DNA of 64,000 nucleotides from Mytilus edulis (Eukaryota): NCBI RefSeq assembly GCF_963676685.1, contig NC_092346.1, positions 101,618,001 to 101,682,000 of the forward strand, read 5' to 3'. Shown piece by piece: positions 26,301 to 38,787 of this stretch (position 1 is its first letter; each line of letters starts with the position of its first letter). The notes under the pieces were generated by a model. It saw only the letters and a program-made list of their open reading frames with translations, ran no database searches and was not told where the DNA came from. The position numbers and the translations under genes were made by a program.

Positions 26301-29300
26301 TCAAAAATTCCAAAAAGTTGTGTCAAATATGGCTAAGGTAATCAATCAAAAAGTAAAATAACAAAAATACTGAACTTAGAGGAAAACCAATTCGGAAAGT
26401 CCATAATCACATGACGAGAACTGTCATATTCCTGACTTGGTACAGGCATTTTCAAATGTAGAAAATGGTGCATTAAACCTGGTTTTATAGCGCTAACCCT
26501 CTCACTTTGATGACAGTCTCATCAATTTCCGTTATATTTACATTGATGCGTTAACTAAACAGACACAATAAATAAAATAGTCAGAATGTGGGTACATCAG
26601 TCATCATCGTATACCAATTTTAAAAGGAACAATTTAACAGAACACAAAAACATCTATCTACAAACACATTCATTGATTTGTGTGTCTGACGTCAGAAAAT
26701 TTTCTTCGATTGGAAAATCGATTTCGAATTTTCTTCGATTGGAAAATCCTTAGTTTTTCGAAAAATTCACACTTTTGTAAACTGGAAATTTATATAAAAA
26801 AGACCGTGTAATTGATATTCATGTCAATACCGAAGTGCTGACTACTGGGCTGGTGATACCCTCATGGACGTAGCAGTTGTATCGACCCAGTGGTGTAAAT
26901 AGTTATCAAAGGTACCAGTCTTATGAAGCTGTTCGTTAGAGATTAAATAGTTTTTCTAATGTTATTCCATTTTTATCAGTTATATTAACGAATAGCAGAA
27001 TAACATCTGCTTTTTTGTGTTTTTTATGGCACCTTGAAGTTCCTTCACTCATTTATAAGAAAATAATATAATATTCTTGAAAGGCTTTTTCCAGTGACGG
27101 CAAATCCCAGACCATCAGAGCTAAGGACAAATCTAAAGAGGAGACCATCGGAAAGGTTTGGCGTAAAGAATTGTCCTTCAGTGATGTCAAGGCGATCAAC
27201 AGATTATACAGATGTGGTGGTAATGTTATGTGATTCATTAAAATGTAATAGGTAACAAAATGACTTCACACAATTAAACACCCGAAGGGTCAACTTCAGA
27301 AATCAAGGAATTTACTTAGATATACTGTATAGCCTAGACATCTTAGTTCAAACATCCATACAACCGATTTTAAGAATAAACTAAATCTGAACCATTTGCA
27401 ATCTAATTGAAATTGCGTGATAGACAAGATATAATAGACATAAGTGAAAGATCTGACCGTATTCGGATTGCAGCACAGAAACAGGGTGGTAATCCAGCCT
27501 GGTATCTATGATGAATGTATTTGTCATTTTAAATTAATTTATGAAACTATGTGAACAGATAGATCATACATTATGAAAACAAGTTCTCGAATAAATTTGT
27601 GAAACTAAATGACCAAGCTGGTCGTAGTAACAAATTATTACAGAGTCTTGGTTTGTTTCAGAAAGATGTCCTTCAAACATTCGTTGTCGTGATGGAGGTT
27701 TTGTTGACCAGAATTGTAGATGTATCTGTCCAGATGGATCACAGAACTGTCAGGAAGGACAACCTGCAACTGGAACTGATGCTGAACAGGACGGTACTAA
27801 ACTGAAATGAGCAAAAAGATAAACAAATTCAATAGTACTATATATTCGTAGTCCGTTTCAAGTCCAAAGGAATCCGATGTTAAATTCAATCTAGACAATC
27901 ATTCAAATGCCAATGGAAGCATGTTTTGCTTTTATCGTGTACCACTGACCAAGATTGCAATATAGAATTTTAAGTGCTAACCAAATACAATATATAAAAA
28001 GAAGATGTGGTATGATTGCCAACTAGACAACTTTTCACAAGAGATCAAATGACACAGAAATTAACAACTATAGGTCACCGTACGGCCTTCAACAATCCAC
28101 AAAACCCATATCACAGAGACAACTATAAAAGGCCCTGAAATGACAAATGTGAAACAACTCAAACGAGAAAAAATAACAGTCTAATTTATGTACAAAATAA
28201 TAAACGAAAAATAAATATGTTACACAGCAACAAACGACAACCTCTGATTTACAGGCTCCTGACTTGGGCCAGGCACATATATAATATGGCGGGATTAAAC
28301 AAGTTTATTGGCGCCAAACCCTCCCACTAACCCGAAACAGCGACATGACGGCACAATACAAAAGCAAACTTTACAAATAAATAAACGAAAAACGAATATG
28401 AAAAACAGCAATAAACGACAACCACTAAATTACAGGATGCTTTCTTTTTGTATCTATTTCGTCTGCAAACAATTTTAAAGGGAGTATCTATGATGAGTTT
28501 AATTGCAACCACTGGGTCGATGTTACTATTAGTTGAGAGGTTTACTCCTCGATGGAATAACCTAGCAAAGTAGTCAGCACGTTTAATTTGACAGGAACTA
28601 TCATTGATGTGGTCATAATTATAAATTAATTGTTTAAAAAACAGAATTTTTCGAAATTCTAAGTATTTGTCCCCCATGTATAGAGTACTTTATAGCTGTA
28701 TTTGACAGAACCTTTTAGAATAATGAGTCCTCAATGCATATCAACTTCGTACTTAATTTTGGTTCGAGCGGAACTGATGAGTCTTTGTAGACGAAATGCA
28801 CATCTACTGTATATCATTTTAATTCTTGTATCAATGAGAAGTTCATTTTACCATTGGTCAATATTGTGATGGAGAGGAACAACTATACTTTATCACTGGT
28901 GTCTGTCATAAACCTAGTCAGAGATGATCTAAAATTATACGTCAATGTTTTTATTTTGTTGTCATCTGATGTAAATGTCATATAATCAATAGAGACTATC
29001 CAGTGTATAAAACTGTTTAATAAACTCTGGATTATCTTTCGGTTTATATACAAAACATCTCTTGTCAATTCATCACCAATTGTTATATTATTTAGTGTAC
29101 ATGCTTTGGATTTATATAGAAAGCTAGAAGCAAATCTTTGGTAAGCAAACACTTGTATGCATCCATAGTAAGAATAGTTATCGAAGGTACCAGGCTTATA
29201 ATTTGATACGCATGGCGACCGTTTTGTTTACACAAGACTCATCAGTGAAGCTCAGAACAAAATAGTTAGAAAACCTAACAAGATAAAATTGAAGAGCATT

Positions 29301-32300
29301 GAGGATCCAAAGTTCCAAAAAGCTGTGCCAAATACGGCTAAGGTTTACTATGTCTGGGATAAGAAAATCTTTAGTATTTCGAATAATTCATACTTTTGCA
29401 AACAGTTAATATGGAAACGACCATATGATTGATATACATGGCAAGACCGATGTGATGACTATGGGCTGGTGATACCCTCGGGGACGAAACGTCCACCAGA
29501 AGTGGCATCGACCCAGTGTAAGAAACAAAGCATGGAATGCTGGAGTTGTGACGAAAATTGTTAACAGCAAGTAATACATTGTTCAATAAAAAATGAAAAA
29601 AAAAGCGAATCCATATAAAACATAATATACATTTAGGGCGGACCAGCCAAAACCAATTTACAAAACTTATCAATATGTAGGTCTATAATCATAGCAAGTA
29701 CAAAGACTACTGACGAGGTTACACTGCACCAAGGAATTAACTTCAATTATGAAGGGAACATTTTTCAGATACTTGTACAAATATGTATGACGAATGGGCC
29801 TGTAATGTTTGGGCATCACAAGGTGAATGTAAAGCAAACAAGAAGTTCATGCTGACCTCCTGCAGGAAAGCTTGTAAACTGTGTGGCGAAGATGCCGAAA
29901 GCGACGAGGGTATGATTATGCTGGTATTTTAGTAAACATACATAACATTTCAAAAAGATATAGTAGCTAAAATAATGAAGAAATATCTATGTAGTAATAA
30001 TTTTGAACATAAACGATATAATTATATATTACGAATTACAAATGTGTCGAGGTTTGTGACTGGATAGCAACACAGAGATGTCAGTATATATTCAGGAAAC
30101 TGCCGGGGTATATACGACGTTTTTATCCCCAACTGGAACCTCAAAAACGTCATCATAACACCGGTTACTATGTGACGTAGTCAAAAGCTATAAGACTGTC
30201 AGAGACTCACAGAGGGAAAATAATGACGTGCTTCAGTCAATAATACATTTTTGATACAAAATCACGCATTTTACACTTTTAATACTTAAATTTAATGTTC
30301 GCCTTCGGCTCAGGGGATATAAACTCTAAGCCGGGAATGTCACAGTATATACCCTGTCTGAGACCTGAATAACATATAATATAGTCCATACTCGCCATCA
30401 ATAAGCCATTACACATGTGATAAGATGTCGTTAAGAAACCTTCAAACTATCATTCAATTTTAATATAACTACATAATACAATGGTATCAATAAACATAAT
30501 TTATTCTCTAAACACAATCTAATAATGTTAGAATAATCTACTTGATAGTCCTATGAAAAGTTATCAGAAGTTTCAAGCTTGGATCTTTCTAAAACCAAAA
30601 TTTATCTTAAGTCCCGATTGTCGTGTTCTATGAATATTTTGTATTTTGATTGATTTATCAATCTTTTAGTTGATATAGTATGTACCTTGAATATGTTTAT
30701 AATATTTAACTTTCAGGAGATCATGTGATGACATGGGCGTGGATGTGGCTTGGAACATTTGCAAACTTATTTCCAAGGAACTGGTCAATAGGTATTTTTT
30801 AAATAACATTCTTCATACAGCTTTAAGTGACTATAGAGTCGTAGGCTTTTTTTATCACTTCTTGCAAATGACGGTATCTCTATAGTATTCTGTTAAACAT
30901 TGTTATATTCTGTTGTCTTTTTCAAATTTAATCCCTGAACAGGTAATTGTAAAACCACCTGGAAAGTAAACAACATATACATACTAGTATGTTGTATGTA
31001 TTATACCAGACCCTAAACGATTTTTTTTTAATGCGGTGAGTACCGGTAAAGATTCATGTAAAAGTTATTTAAACATTATGATTTTGATGCTTTCGAATGC
31101 CTTTTCTGGATTTGCCTTCACAAGGAACCGTAAAAACCGGAAAAGGTAAGCCAAGAATGTATTAATATTTGAAAATTAGAAAAACTATACGACAATCAAA
31201 GACCTAAAATTCGAACCGAAACATGAGGTAAGCTCTGCCTAAGGAGTTGGAACCTTAGTCGCCGAATGATTTCTAACTTTAAGAAGGTTATGTTATAAAT
31301 CAGTATGTAAAATGAATTTATTTATTATATTTATTATATAAAGCTGAATGCACAGACAAGTTTCCTCCAGCAAAATGCCAAAAATGGGAGAGTCTTGGTG
31401 ATTGTGTAACAAGTGAGGAATGGATGACTGAAAATTGTAGAAAAACCTGCAATATGTGTAGTAAAAGGCAAGCAGAATGTAAGATATTACAGTTTTAAAA
31501 CTTAGTCATGGGTTAATATTTATATTGTATATTTGAAATGTTGTGTTGTCATTTTAATGTTATATTTCACATGGCCATAAAAGAGGGAGGTTTGGCATGC
31601 CACAAAACCAGGTTCAACCCACCATTTTTTCCTTTAAAAATGTCCTGTACCAAGTCAGGAATATGGCCATTGTTATATTATAGTTCGTTTCTGTGTGTGT
31701 TACATTTTAACGTTGTGTTTCCGTTGTGTCGTTTGTTTTCTCTTATTTTTGAGTTTGAATTCACATTACTATAAGACGTGTCACGGTACTTATCTATCCC
31801 AAATTCATGTATTTGGTTTTGATGTTATGTTTGTTATTCTCATAGGATTTTGTCGAATGCTTAGTCCGTTTCCGTGTGTGTTACATTTTAATGTTGTGTC
31901 GTTGTTCTCCTCTTATATTTAATGCGTTTCCCTCAGTTTTAGTTTGTTATCCCGATTTTGGTTTTTTTTCCATGGATTTATAAGTTTTGAACAGCGGTAT
32001 ACTACTGTTGCCTTTATTTAATACTAAATTATTATAAAAGAACTCATTTCTATCAATCAAAGATCGTATATTGGTCTAAAAATGTAAAGACAATAGACAT
32101 TGTAATATACAGCCATTGCAATGACAGATACATTCTATAAAAATTGTATGTCAACAGGACGCCTACTGAATAAAATTACAATGTCACGAAGAGGTCAAGA
32201 CGCAGTTCTTAACTGTTAAAACTGTTTAGACAGTCGCTTGCAGATAATTAAGACATGTTTTTATATATTTTCTTGCAGATTATTTAGACATGTTTGAGAC

Positions 32301-35300
32301 ATTTGCTTGCAGACAATTAATATATGTTTCAGCTATTTTTCTTGTTTTATATGAGTCCGAAAATAATTACTTCATTTTGATAAAATATCATAAATCAACT
32401 CAAATCCATCTTTGAAATCATTTTAAGATGAAAATCATCGTTAAAAACTAAAATATAATATTCCCTTATGAATAATGGTCATTTGAGAATGCATTATTCA
32501 ATATATGCAATTATTTAGTACAGGAAATAAGGACATTCAATATAATTGTTCTTATTTTATATAATTTATGATTTTATGATTTCAAGATTGTATTTGAATA
32601 CTTATGCACAGATACATATATATTGTATTTAAGTAGAAAAATGCACGACACCAAACCTACTAACTTTTCATTTCGAGAATACTTTGATTCAGTTGATGCG
32701 ACTACAAACTGTAGGAATTTATACGAAAACAGTGAGAAATGTGACGGGTGGGCGAAAAAGGGAGAATGTGGAATTAACCCGTTCTGGATGACTGAGAATT
32801 GTAGAAAATCTTGTCGTCTCTGTCATAAACTGACGACAGAGCAGCCACCACAAAAAGACGACTCCGGAGATAACAATGATGACGAAGACACAGAAGAAGA
32901 AGAGGAAGATAGAAGTGGTAGAACAGCCAGTAAGATGGACATTTCTAAATGTTTTATGTTTCAGGGATGTTAAAGGACATTGTAATGTTGGTAATTCAGA
33001 GTAGGACAAAAACATGAACGGTACCAAATATTCTACACCAGATACTCATTTCGTCAATCAATGTCTCTTCAGTGAGGCTCGAGGCCAAAATATTTGTAAA
33101 TCCAAAGCTAATTAAAAAGATGAAGAGCTATAAACCAAAAAGGACAAACAAGTATAACCAAAGTCGGGCAATTAATCAAACTTTGCACGAGGCAGACAAA
33201 CATTGTATCAAAGCTTATAGAGTTTACAATGAATACTACATTGATATATTGATGACAGAAGAAATGCATATGACAAAAAATATCACGATTCATAAAAAGA
33301 GCTACCAATCCAGGATGTAGACAACACTACTTTGCACACTTATTTATAGCTATAAGTTTTAAATACGACAGTATTTATAGGATTTTGAAAGTCTGAAGAC
33401 ATCTTATCAGTTTAAATAAAACTTTTAAACATTACTTTGTTTCTTCTTTATTGATCATTGGGCAAAGCTAGAACTTCATCTGCTAGTTTTGCAGAGGAGT
33501 GCAAATTGCTTTACTGATGTCATTTGTCATTACAGGAAGCTGCCGCGATCTACATGATACGAGAAAATGTAAAAAATGGGCGGACCAAAACGAATGTGCT
33601 GTCAACCCTGATTGGATGATTCCTAATTGTAGAAAATCATGTGATAGATGCGTTGGAGGTAAACGTATTTTTTTTTATCACAAAACAAACAATGTTTAAG
33701 TGTTTTAAGTCAGACCGTTAATTTCTTGTAATAACTTTAGTGAAAATTGAATAAATACCAGTAAAAGGTGCAATAAAAGAAACATAGTTAGCCCATAATC
33801 ATGAAACCAATCCTGACAGAAAAGGAAAAAATACACAAAAATAAGCACAAAAGTAAAACCACAAAATCTCATCCTTATATTACTGTAATTTTGAATTACA
33901 AAGAAAAGGAAAAAAAGAAAGGTTCGAAAATGTAAATAGAAGGTAGCCATGACACTGGGTTTGTGTAAGTGTTCGATATCCATTAGTAAGTCAATTTGTT
34001 GTCGTTTTTTTTTAAATCACAGTGTTCAAATTTTTGAAAAGCACCTACTAATTTCTGAACAAAACTTTCGAACGTTATTTAGGTTCCTGTAGAAATCATC
34101 ATGATGATACAGAATGTGACAGGTGGTCAAGTAGAGCAGAATGCATCAAGAATCCTTCTTGGATGAGGAGAAATTGTGCAAAAGCCTGTCATTCATGTAA
34201 CGAAATGGACATGGATGTGTTTGATGACGACGAAGAGCAAGACGAAGATGAAGCAAAGGACGATGTTGACACTACTGATACACAAAATGATCGGGACACA
34301 AATGTTGGAAGACGACGAGATAATCAGGACGACGAAGACACCGTTACTAGTACTGGTTAGTACAATACACACACTGTATAGACAAAATATATAGGTTAAA
34401 AAAACAGAATAATTTGTAATACTTTACTTAACTTAACTTAACTTAATTCTCTTCGTGCGCACTTGCACATGAGGCCACCACCAAAGCCCTCTACTGTTGC
34501 CTGTTTTGTGCCTTTCTTTCTGCTTCTCCCCATGTCATTCCTATGATTCTCAGTTCACTCTCTATTGTGCGTCGCCATGTCTCTTTCGGTGTCCCTCTCT
34601 TTCTTTTCCCCTCTGCTGGTGTCCAACGAAGAGCTATCCTTGTAATGTCATCTTTGTCTTTTCTTAGAACATGTCCAATCCATTTCCATCGCCTTTCTTT
34701 AATTTCTGCTCTGATGTCTCTTAGTAAAGTTAGGTTGTAGAGGTCTTTGTTACTGATGGTTTTTGGCCAGAAGATCTTGCAAATTTTACGAAGACATGTA
34801 TTATGGAATGATGATAGTTTGTTGAAGTCAGATTTGATAACCCTCCATGACTCTGCACCATATAGCAAAACTGATTTCACATTGCTATTATAGATTTTGA
34901 TTTTTTTCGGACCTTGATATTGATGTTGTTTTCCAGACTGTCCGTAGTCTACAGAAAGAAGTTCTGGCTTTGTTGATCCTTGCCATTATATCTTTGCTAG
35001 TTCCGTTGTCCTGGCTGATATTGGTGCCAAGATAGGTAAAATTTTCAACTTCATCTATTTTATTTCCTATTTGTGTTTTTGGTTGTTTTATATTTTTATC
35101 ATTTAGGCTTATTATCTTTGTCTTTTGTGTGTTTATCTCTAAACCTACAGATATAGCAGTCTCATGTAGTCTTGGTGTTTTGTTCTGCATGTTTGTTCGA
35201 TTGTGTTCATCGACCATCTGATTCCAGTTGTTCTATTCCTAAGTGTTCTTCTCATGCACCAGTCGATGACAATGAGGAAAAGAAGGGGAGAGATGATGAA

Positions 35301-38300
35301 TCCTTGTCTTACTCCAGATTGTACATTGAACCAGGTGGATTGGGTTCCATTGTGTAGGACACAGCATCTGTAGTTGTTGTAAAATAATTTGATCATGTTA
35401 ATTATTTTATCTGGTATTACGTATGTTCTCATTATTTCCCACATGCTGTCTCTGTCCATGCTATCAAAAGACTTTTCAAAGTCCACAAAATTTATAATGA
35501 TGTTGTGTTGCCATTCTATGCACTGCTCTATGATGTTTCTGAGTGTGAATATGTGGTCACTATACCCTTTATTGGCTCTAAAACCTGCTTGTTCTTTCCG
35601 CAGTATGTCATTTAAAGCATCTATTATTCGCTTGGCAATAACTCGAAGGAACATTTTTGCAGGTACAGATAATAAAGATATACCTCTCCAGTTGTTGCAA
35701 TTCTTCATATCACCTTTTTTGCCAGCTTAACTAGTAGGCCTTCTTCCCAGTCCAAAGGTAGAACTTCTTCCTCCCATATTCTACTAAATATTGTATGTAG
35801 TATTGATGCTGTTGTGTCTACATCTGCCTTTAGGAGTTCTGCACTGATATTGTCTACTCCAGCTGATTTACCATTTTTGAGCTTGCATAATGCTTTCACT
35901 AAGTTCAATTTTTTCTTCTGATATGTCTATTTCCATTTTTGCTTCGGTGTTATCAAATTAAGCTGGTTTGTCTGGTGGTTCTCTGTTTAAAACTTCCCAA
36001 AAGTGCTCTGCCCATCTCTCAAGTTTCTGTGCCTCCGATGTTAAAACCTTTCCATTTTGTAATACTTAGGCAGTTTATAATAAAACAGTATTTCAGCAAT
36101 GTTTGGTACAAATTTTTACACGATTTGTGTCCCTTGTAAAAGGAATTTATATTGCACATATCTGCATTTTTGCCGGATTGTTTTATTCTGACGTTAAAGT
36201 TTTACATTCTAGAAGCATTCTTGCTACATTTTGGTTACTCTGCAGACTTTATTCTGGCAACTCGTGTTTTTATTCTGGTTTTGCTGCAGACTTTAATTTG
36301 GCAACTCTTGTCTATGACATGGTATCGCTTCACATTACAATTGCATACACTTTTGCCTCATTCTTATATCGCTGCTACTGGCTAATTTCTGTCAACTCTT
36401 AGTCTATACTTTGGTATCACTGCAGACTACATTTTGGAAATAATCTTGCTACATTTTGTAGAATAGATTATGTCAACTCTTAGACTAGTCTTTATCCTAG
36501 TATTGGTTCAGACTTCATTCTGGCAATTCTGTTCTATATACTGGTACCGCTTCAGACCACATTTTAGAAGTAATAAATTTTGTGATATAAAAACTGAAAC
36601 CATAAAAAAAGAAAATGCAAAATAAGGCGGTTGAAAATAATAAAAATCAGAAAAATATAAATCATTTTTTATACTTTGTATACGTTTGCATAATTTTTGA
36701 AAGGTGTTCAATCATTCAACTTTCATGACTTTTTAGATGATGCTGAATGCACTGATGAACGTCAGGAATGTGAAGCCTGGGCAAGACATGAACATTGTGA
36801 CATAAACCCAGACTACATGCTCAAATCATGTAAAAAAGCCTGTGGGGTTTGTCAGAATACCAGAGAAGATACAAATGTCGGGCGGACAACGACGGTTGCT
36901 GGCAGAGATGACAGGAGCCATAATGATGACGAGACCATTGTCAATGATGGTGGTTCAAGAGACCGTAATACAAATACAAGTATGATATATATTCTAATAA
37001 AACTTTAACATGTAATAAGTTTTACATGTGTGGATTATCGTTTACATTATCGTTTATTGGTCTTCAATGGATAGATGTCTCATTGACAATCATACTACAT
37101 CTTCCTCTTTAACTATTTAACAGACATATTGCGAATTTGGAGACAAGTTAATATTTTTTTATTTAAAATGTAGCTTCAAACTTCATATATATGGTGCAAG
37201 AATGAAAACAACCTGCAAATTATTTTTTTTAAGTACGGGTCATTAATATTTAGAACTCATTATATTATTTAGAAAGGTGTAAATATGTGTAATGTTTGGC
37301 TTACATCTATTTTATCCTGAAACTATACAAATAAAATGTCAATGTCGTTTTGTTTATGTCATCAAAGAGACATCACAAGTAAATTTTATAAACAAAAGTG
37401 TCCAGTTAAATTCAGTCTGTTTATTTATCAACAAATTATGTGTTGGAAATGGTGCTTATTTTGCACTTTCATCGGCCAAAAAATAGCTGTAATCATACGT
37501 TCGCCTGTTGAATATAACTTTTGACCGATCAAAGTTATCACGATGATATTTTGTTTGAACTATTATTCAATTTTGGATGATTATTTCGTTATAGATACTT
37601 GTGAAGATGACAACCAGGACTGCGAAAGTTGGAAAAGAAGTGGAGCTTGTGATAGTAATCCTAGCTATGCGTTACGTCATTGTAAAAAATCATGTAATAA
37701 TTGCAAAGATGGTGAGTATTTATCAGCATGTTATATTCGCAGGTTACCATGCTTTTCGTTAAATATGTTTAAAGCAATTTATTTCTCAATTTTTGGTAAG
37801 ATACTCATTTGTATCAGATGTATCAACACGATTAACACAAGACAAACGTCTGGTATAAATAACATGCTTGTAGACCACGAATCCGCATGATGAGAGTTTC
37901 ATTATGGGGGGCTGAGCTATTTCAAATAATGTTCTTAATGATAACCTCTAAAGATTATTATTTACTATAAAAATAAATAAAGATAACATACATCTCTTGT
38001 AAGCAATAATTGTTTAAACCCACTACAAAGGCAAAATATATAAAAAAAACCAACTGATGTTGTATCTTGTATCGCGGGTGTAAGATGTCCTGATACAAAG
38101 TTTAATACATGTATGAATAAAAGAAACACTTAAACAAATAAAGGCAACAGTAGTATAACGCTATTCATATGTCATAAATCGATTGCGAGAAAACAAATCT
38201 GGGCTAATAAAACTGTGGGAAACACATTAACTACAAATAACAGCATTTGATTCTAGAATGGCTGATTATGTTATGTCAATACGACTTTGTTTGTGATCAA

Positions 38301-38430
38301 TCGTTTATCTATTGCAGGTTGTCGTGATGAACATACACTATGTCCTATATGGGGAAGAGGTAAAAGTTGTACATCAAATCCAGGATATATGCTTCGATTT
38401 TGTCAAAAAACATGCACTGTATGTCATTGA
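14287..38430 (+). CDS. Secreted astacin-family (M12A) zinc metalloprotease with an EGF-like domain and 8 ShKT domains; 18 exons, 847 aa
   Basis: All 17 introns are GT-AG with compatible phases (2544 nt CDS). Signal peptide, prodomain ELDMLL, RRKRR furin site, HEIGHALGLVHE zinc motif, SVMHY Met-turn, eight six-cysteine ShKT modules ending CxKxCxxC. Confidence 0.92.
15765..16350. mobile_element. Academ-like terminal remnant interrupted by a MITE (15822-16262)
   Basis: Perfect 20-bp inverted repeat TATAGGTGTCAGACCACCAA (15820) / TTGGTGGTCTGACACCTATA (16264). The flanking sequence has AAAATGGCCGCC motifs and ends GGACTA, like the Academ element at 56038. Confidence 0.65.
18028..18187 (+). CDS. 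Astacin-ShKT exon 2 (signal end, prodomain)
   Basis: VSVFWNSCNGQSMAELRKANITG...SIDQIILRAMGGGIE. Confidence 0.8.
19158..19260 (+). CDS. Astacin-ShKT exon 3 (prodomain, Asp-switch motif)
   Basis: VAAQSMVSPDGMILAELDMLLTEEQFSTLYEPPE. Confidence 0.88.
19796..19917 (+). CDS. Astacin-ShKT exon 4 (furin site, mature N-terminus)
   Basis: HRRKRRKAVRQLDLRWAEGVMPYYF. Confidence 0.92.
20182..20302 (+). CDS. Astacin-ShKT exon 5
   Basis: IKVAMREWEKYSCVKFREKTRSDRNYVRFQNGMG. Confidence 0.92.
21012..22290 (+). repeat. 55-bp tandem array (~23 copies) in astacin intron 5, related to the 3' end of exon 5
   Basis: Period 55; the copy at 21026-21063 matches exon 5 positions 20264-20301 at 30/38 nt without gaps. 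Confidence 0.9.
22597..22666 (+). CDS. Astacin-ShKT exon 6
   Basis: GCNSQLGMVGGMQVLNLDVNGCRW. Confidence 0.92.
22900..23250. repeat. Dispersed repeat family (TGTCATACAAGTGAGAGGTTTAGC...GTACCAAGTCAGGAAT...GATTAGGGACTTTCC)
   Basis: Related copies at 15280-15545, 25985-26150, 26350-26520 (inverted) and 43070-43250. Confidence 0.75.
24592..24795 (+). CDS. Astacin-ShKT exon 7 (zinc-binding motif and Met-turn)
   Basis: KGLYLHEIGHALGLVHEHQLPNRD...YEYSSVMHYGIT. Confidence 0.96.
27084..27219 (+). CDS. Astacin-ShKT exon 8 (end of catalytic domain)
   Basis: AFSSDGKSQTIRAKD...IGKVWRKELSFSDVKAINRLYRCG. Confidence 0.93.
27662..27793 (+). CDS. Astacin-ShKT exon 9 (EGF-like)
   Basis: CPSNIRCRDGGFVDQNCRCICPDGSQNC. 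Confidence 0.9.
27995..28330. repeat. Dispersed repeat family beginning AAGAAGATGTGGTATGATTGCC
   Basis: Related copies at ~10665-10755, 17368-17450, 24935-25215, 43390-43510 and 59410-59510. Confidence 0.75.
29170..29520. repeat. Dispersed repeat family (AGACTCATCAGTGA...GGGCTGGTGATACCCTCGGGGAC...ATCGACCCAGTG)
   Basis: Related copies at 26155-26340 plus 26740-26920 (split by an insertion) and 40000-40290. Confidence 0.7.
29769..29909 (+). CDS. Astacin-ShKT exon 10 (ShKT1)
   Basis: CTNMYDEWACNVWASQGECKANKKFMLTSCRKACKLC. Confidence 0.93.
30717..30791 (+). CDS. Astacin-ShKT exon 11 (75-nt Trp-rich linker)
   Basis: tttcag|GA...G|gtattt, phase 1-1, open frame GDHVMTWAWMWLGTFANLFPRNWSI. Confidence 0.7.
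31344..31478 (+). CDS. Astacin-ShKT exon 12 (ShKT2)
   Basis: CTDKFPPAKCQKWESLGDCVTSEEWMTENCRKTCNMC. Confidence 0.92.
32693..32929 (+). CDS. Astacin-ShKT exon 13 (ShKT3 plus acidic linker)
   Basis: CRNLYENSEKCDGWAKKGECGINPFWMTENCRKSCRLC...DDEDTEEEEED. Confidence 0.92.
33536..33658 (+). CDS. Astacin-ShKT exon 14 (ShKT4)
   Basis: CRDLHDTRKCKKWADQNECAVNPDWMIPNCRKSCDRC. Confidence 0.93.
34083..34355 (+). CDS. Astacin-ShKT exon 15 (ShKT5 plus acidic linker)
   Basis: CRNHHDDTECDRWSSRAECIKNPSWMRRNCAKACHSC... Confidence 0.92.
34426..36400 (-). mobile_element. Frameshifted, 5'-truncated RTE-clade LINE with (TTAAG)n tail in astacin intron 15
   Basis: Broken reverse-transcriptase ORFs (NWRGISLLS, EQAGFR, FVDFEKSFDS, GVRQG, LLYGAESW, RRWKWIGHVLR); pentamer tail at 34426-34446. 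Confidence 0.9.
36737..36979 (+). CDS. Astacin-ShKT exon 16 (ShKT6 plus linker)
   Basis: CTDERQECEAWARHEHCDINPDYMLKSCKKACGVC. Confidence 0.92.
37595..37711 (+). CDS. Astacin-ShKT exon 17 (ShKT7)
   Basis: CEDDNQDCESWKRSGACDSNPSYALRHCKKSCNNC. Confidence 0.93.
38318..38430 (+). CDS. Astacin-ShKT exon 18 (ShKT8 and stop)
   Basis: CRDEHTLCPIWGRGKSCTSNPGYMLRFCQKTCTVCH*. Confidence 0.93.
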
Positions 38431-38787
38431 AAAACACCAAATATTTCACAATCTTGTCATAAATGTATAATTGTAAAGGATGTGACATATGGTTTTTCAC
38501 CTATATTTTTAATAATCTGTAAAATCGACTTTCAGCAAGGAATATATGATTTGATAATCCAGGATCGCCGACTACTGTTCATTCATTTAGCGAGTAATGC
38601 TAGTTGTGATTGCATTCTGGTGTATTTTCGACACAGTAAGTAAGTAAATGGAGATTTCATAGTATATTTACATCTTCTACATTGAAAATGTAATAATCCT
38701 TTATATTTTGTACGGTTTTGTTATATATATGTGATGTTAATTAAGAATTCTATGTAATGGTTAGTTAAGATAGTGTTGTTAGTGCTG

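Noticed and set aside
32220-32345. Degenerate ~34-bp repeats containing TTGCAG as possible decoy acceptors
   Set aside because: No similarity to the neighbouring exon 13 junction, so not counted as a junction array.
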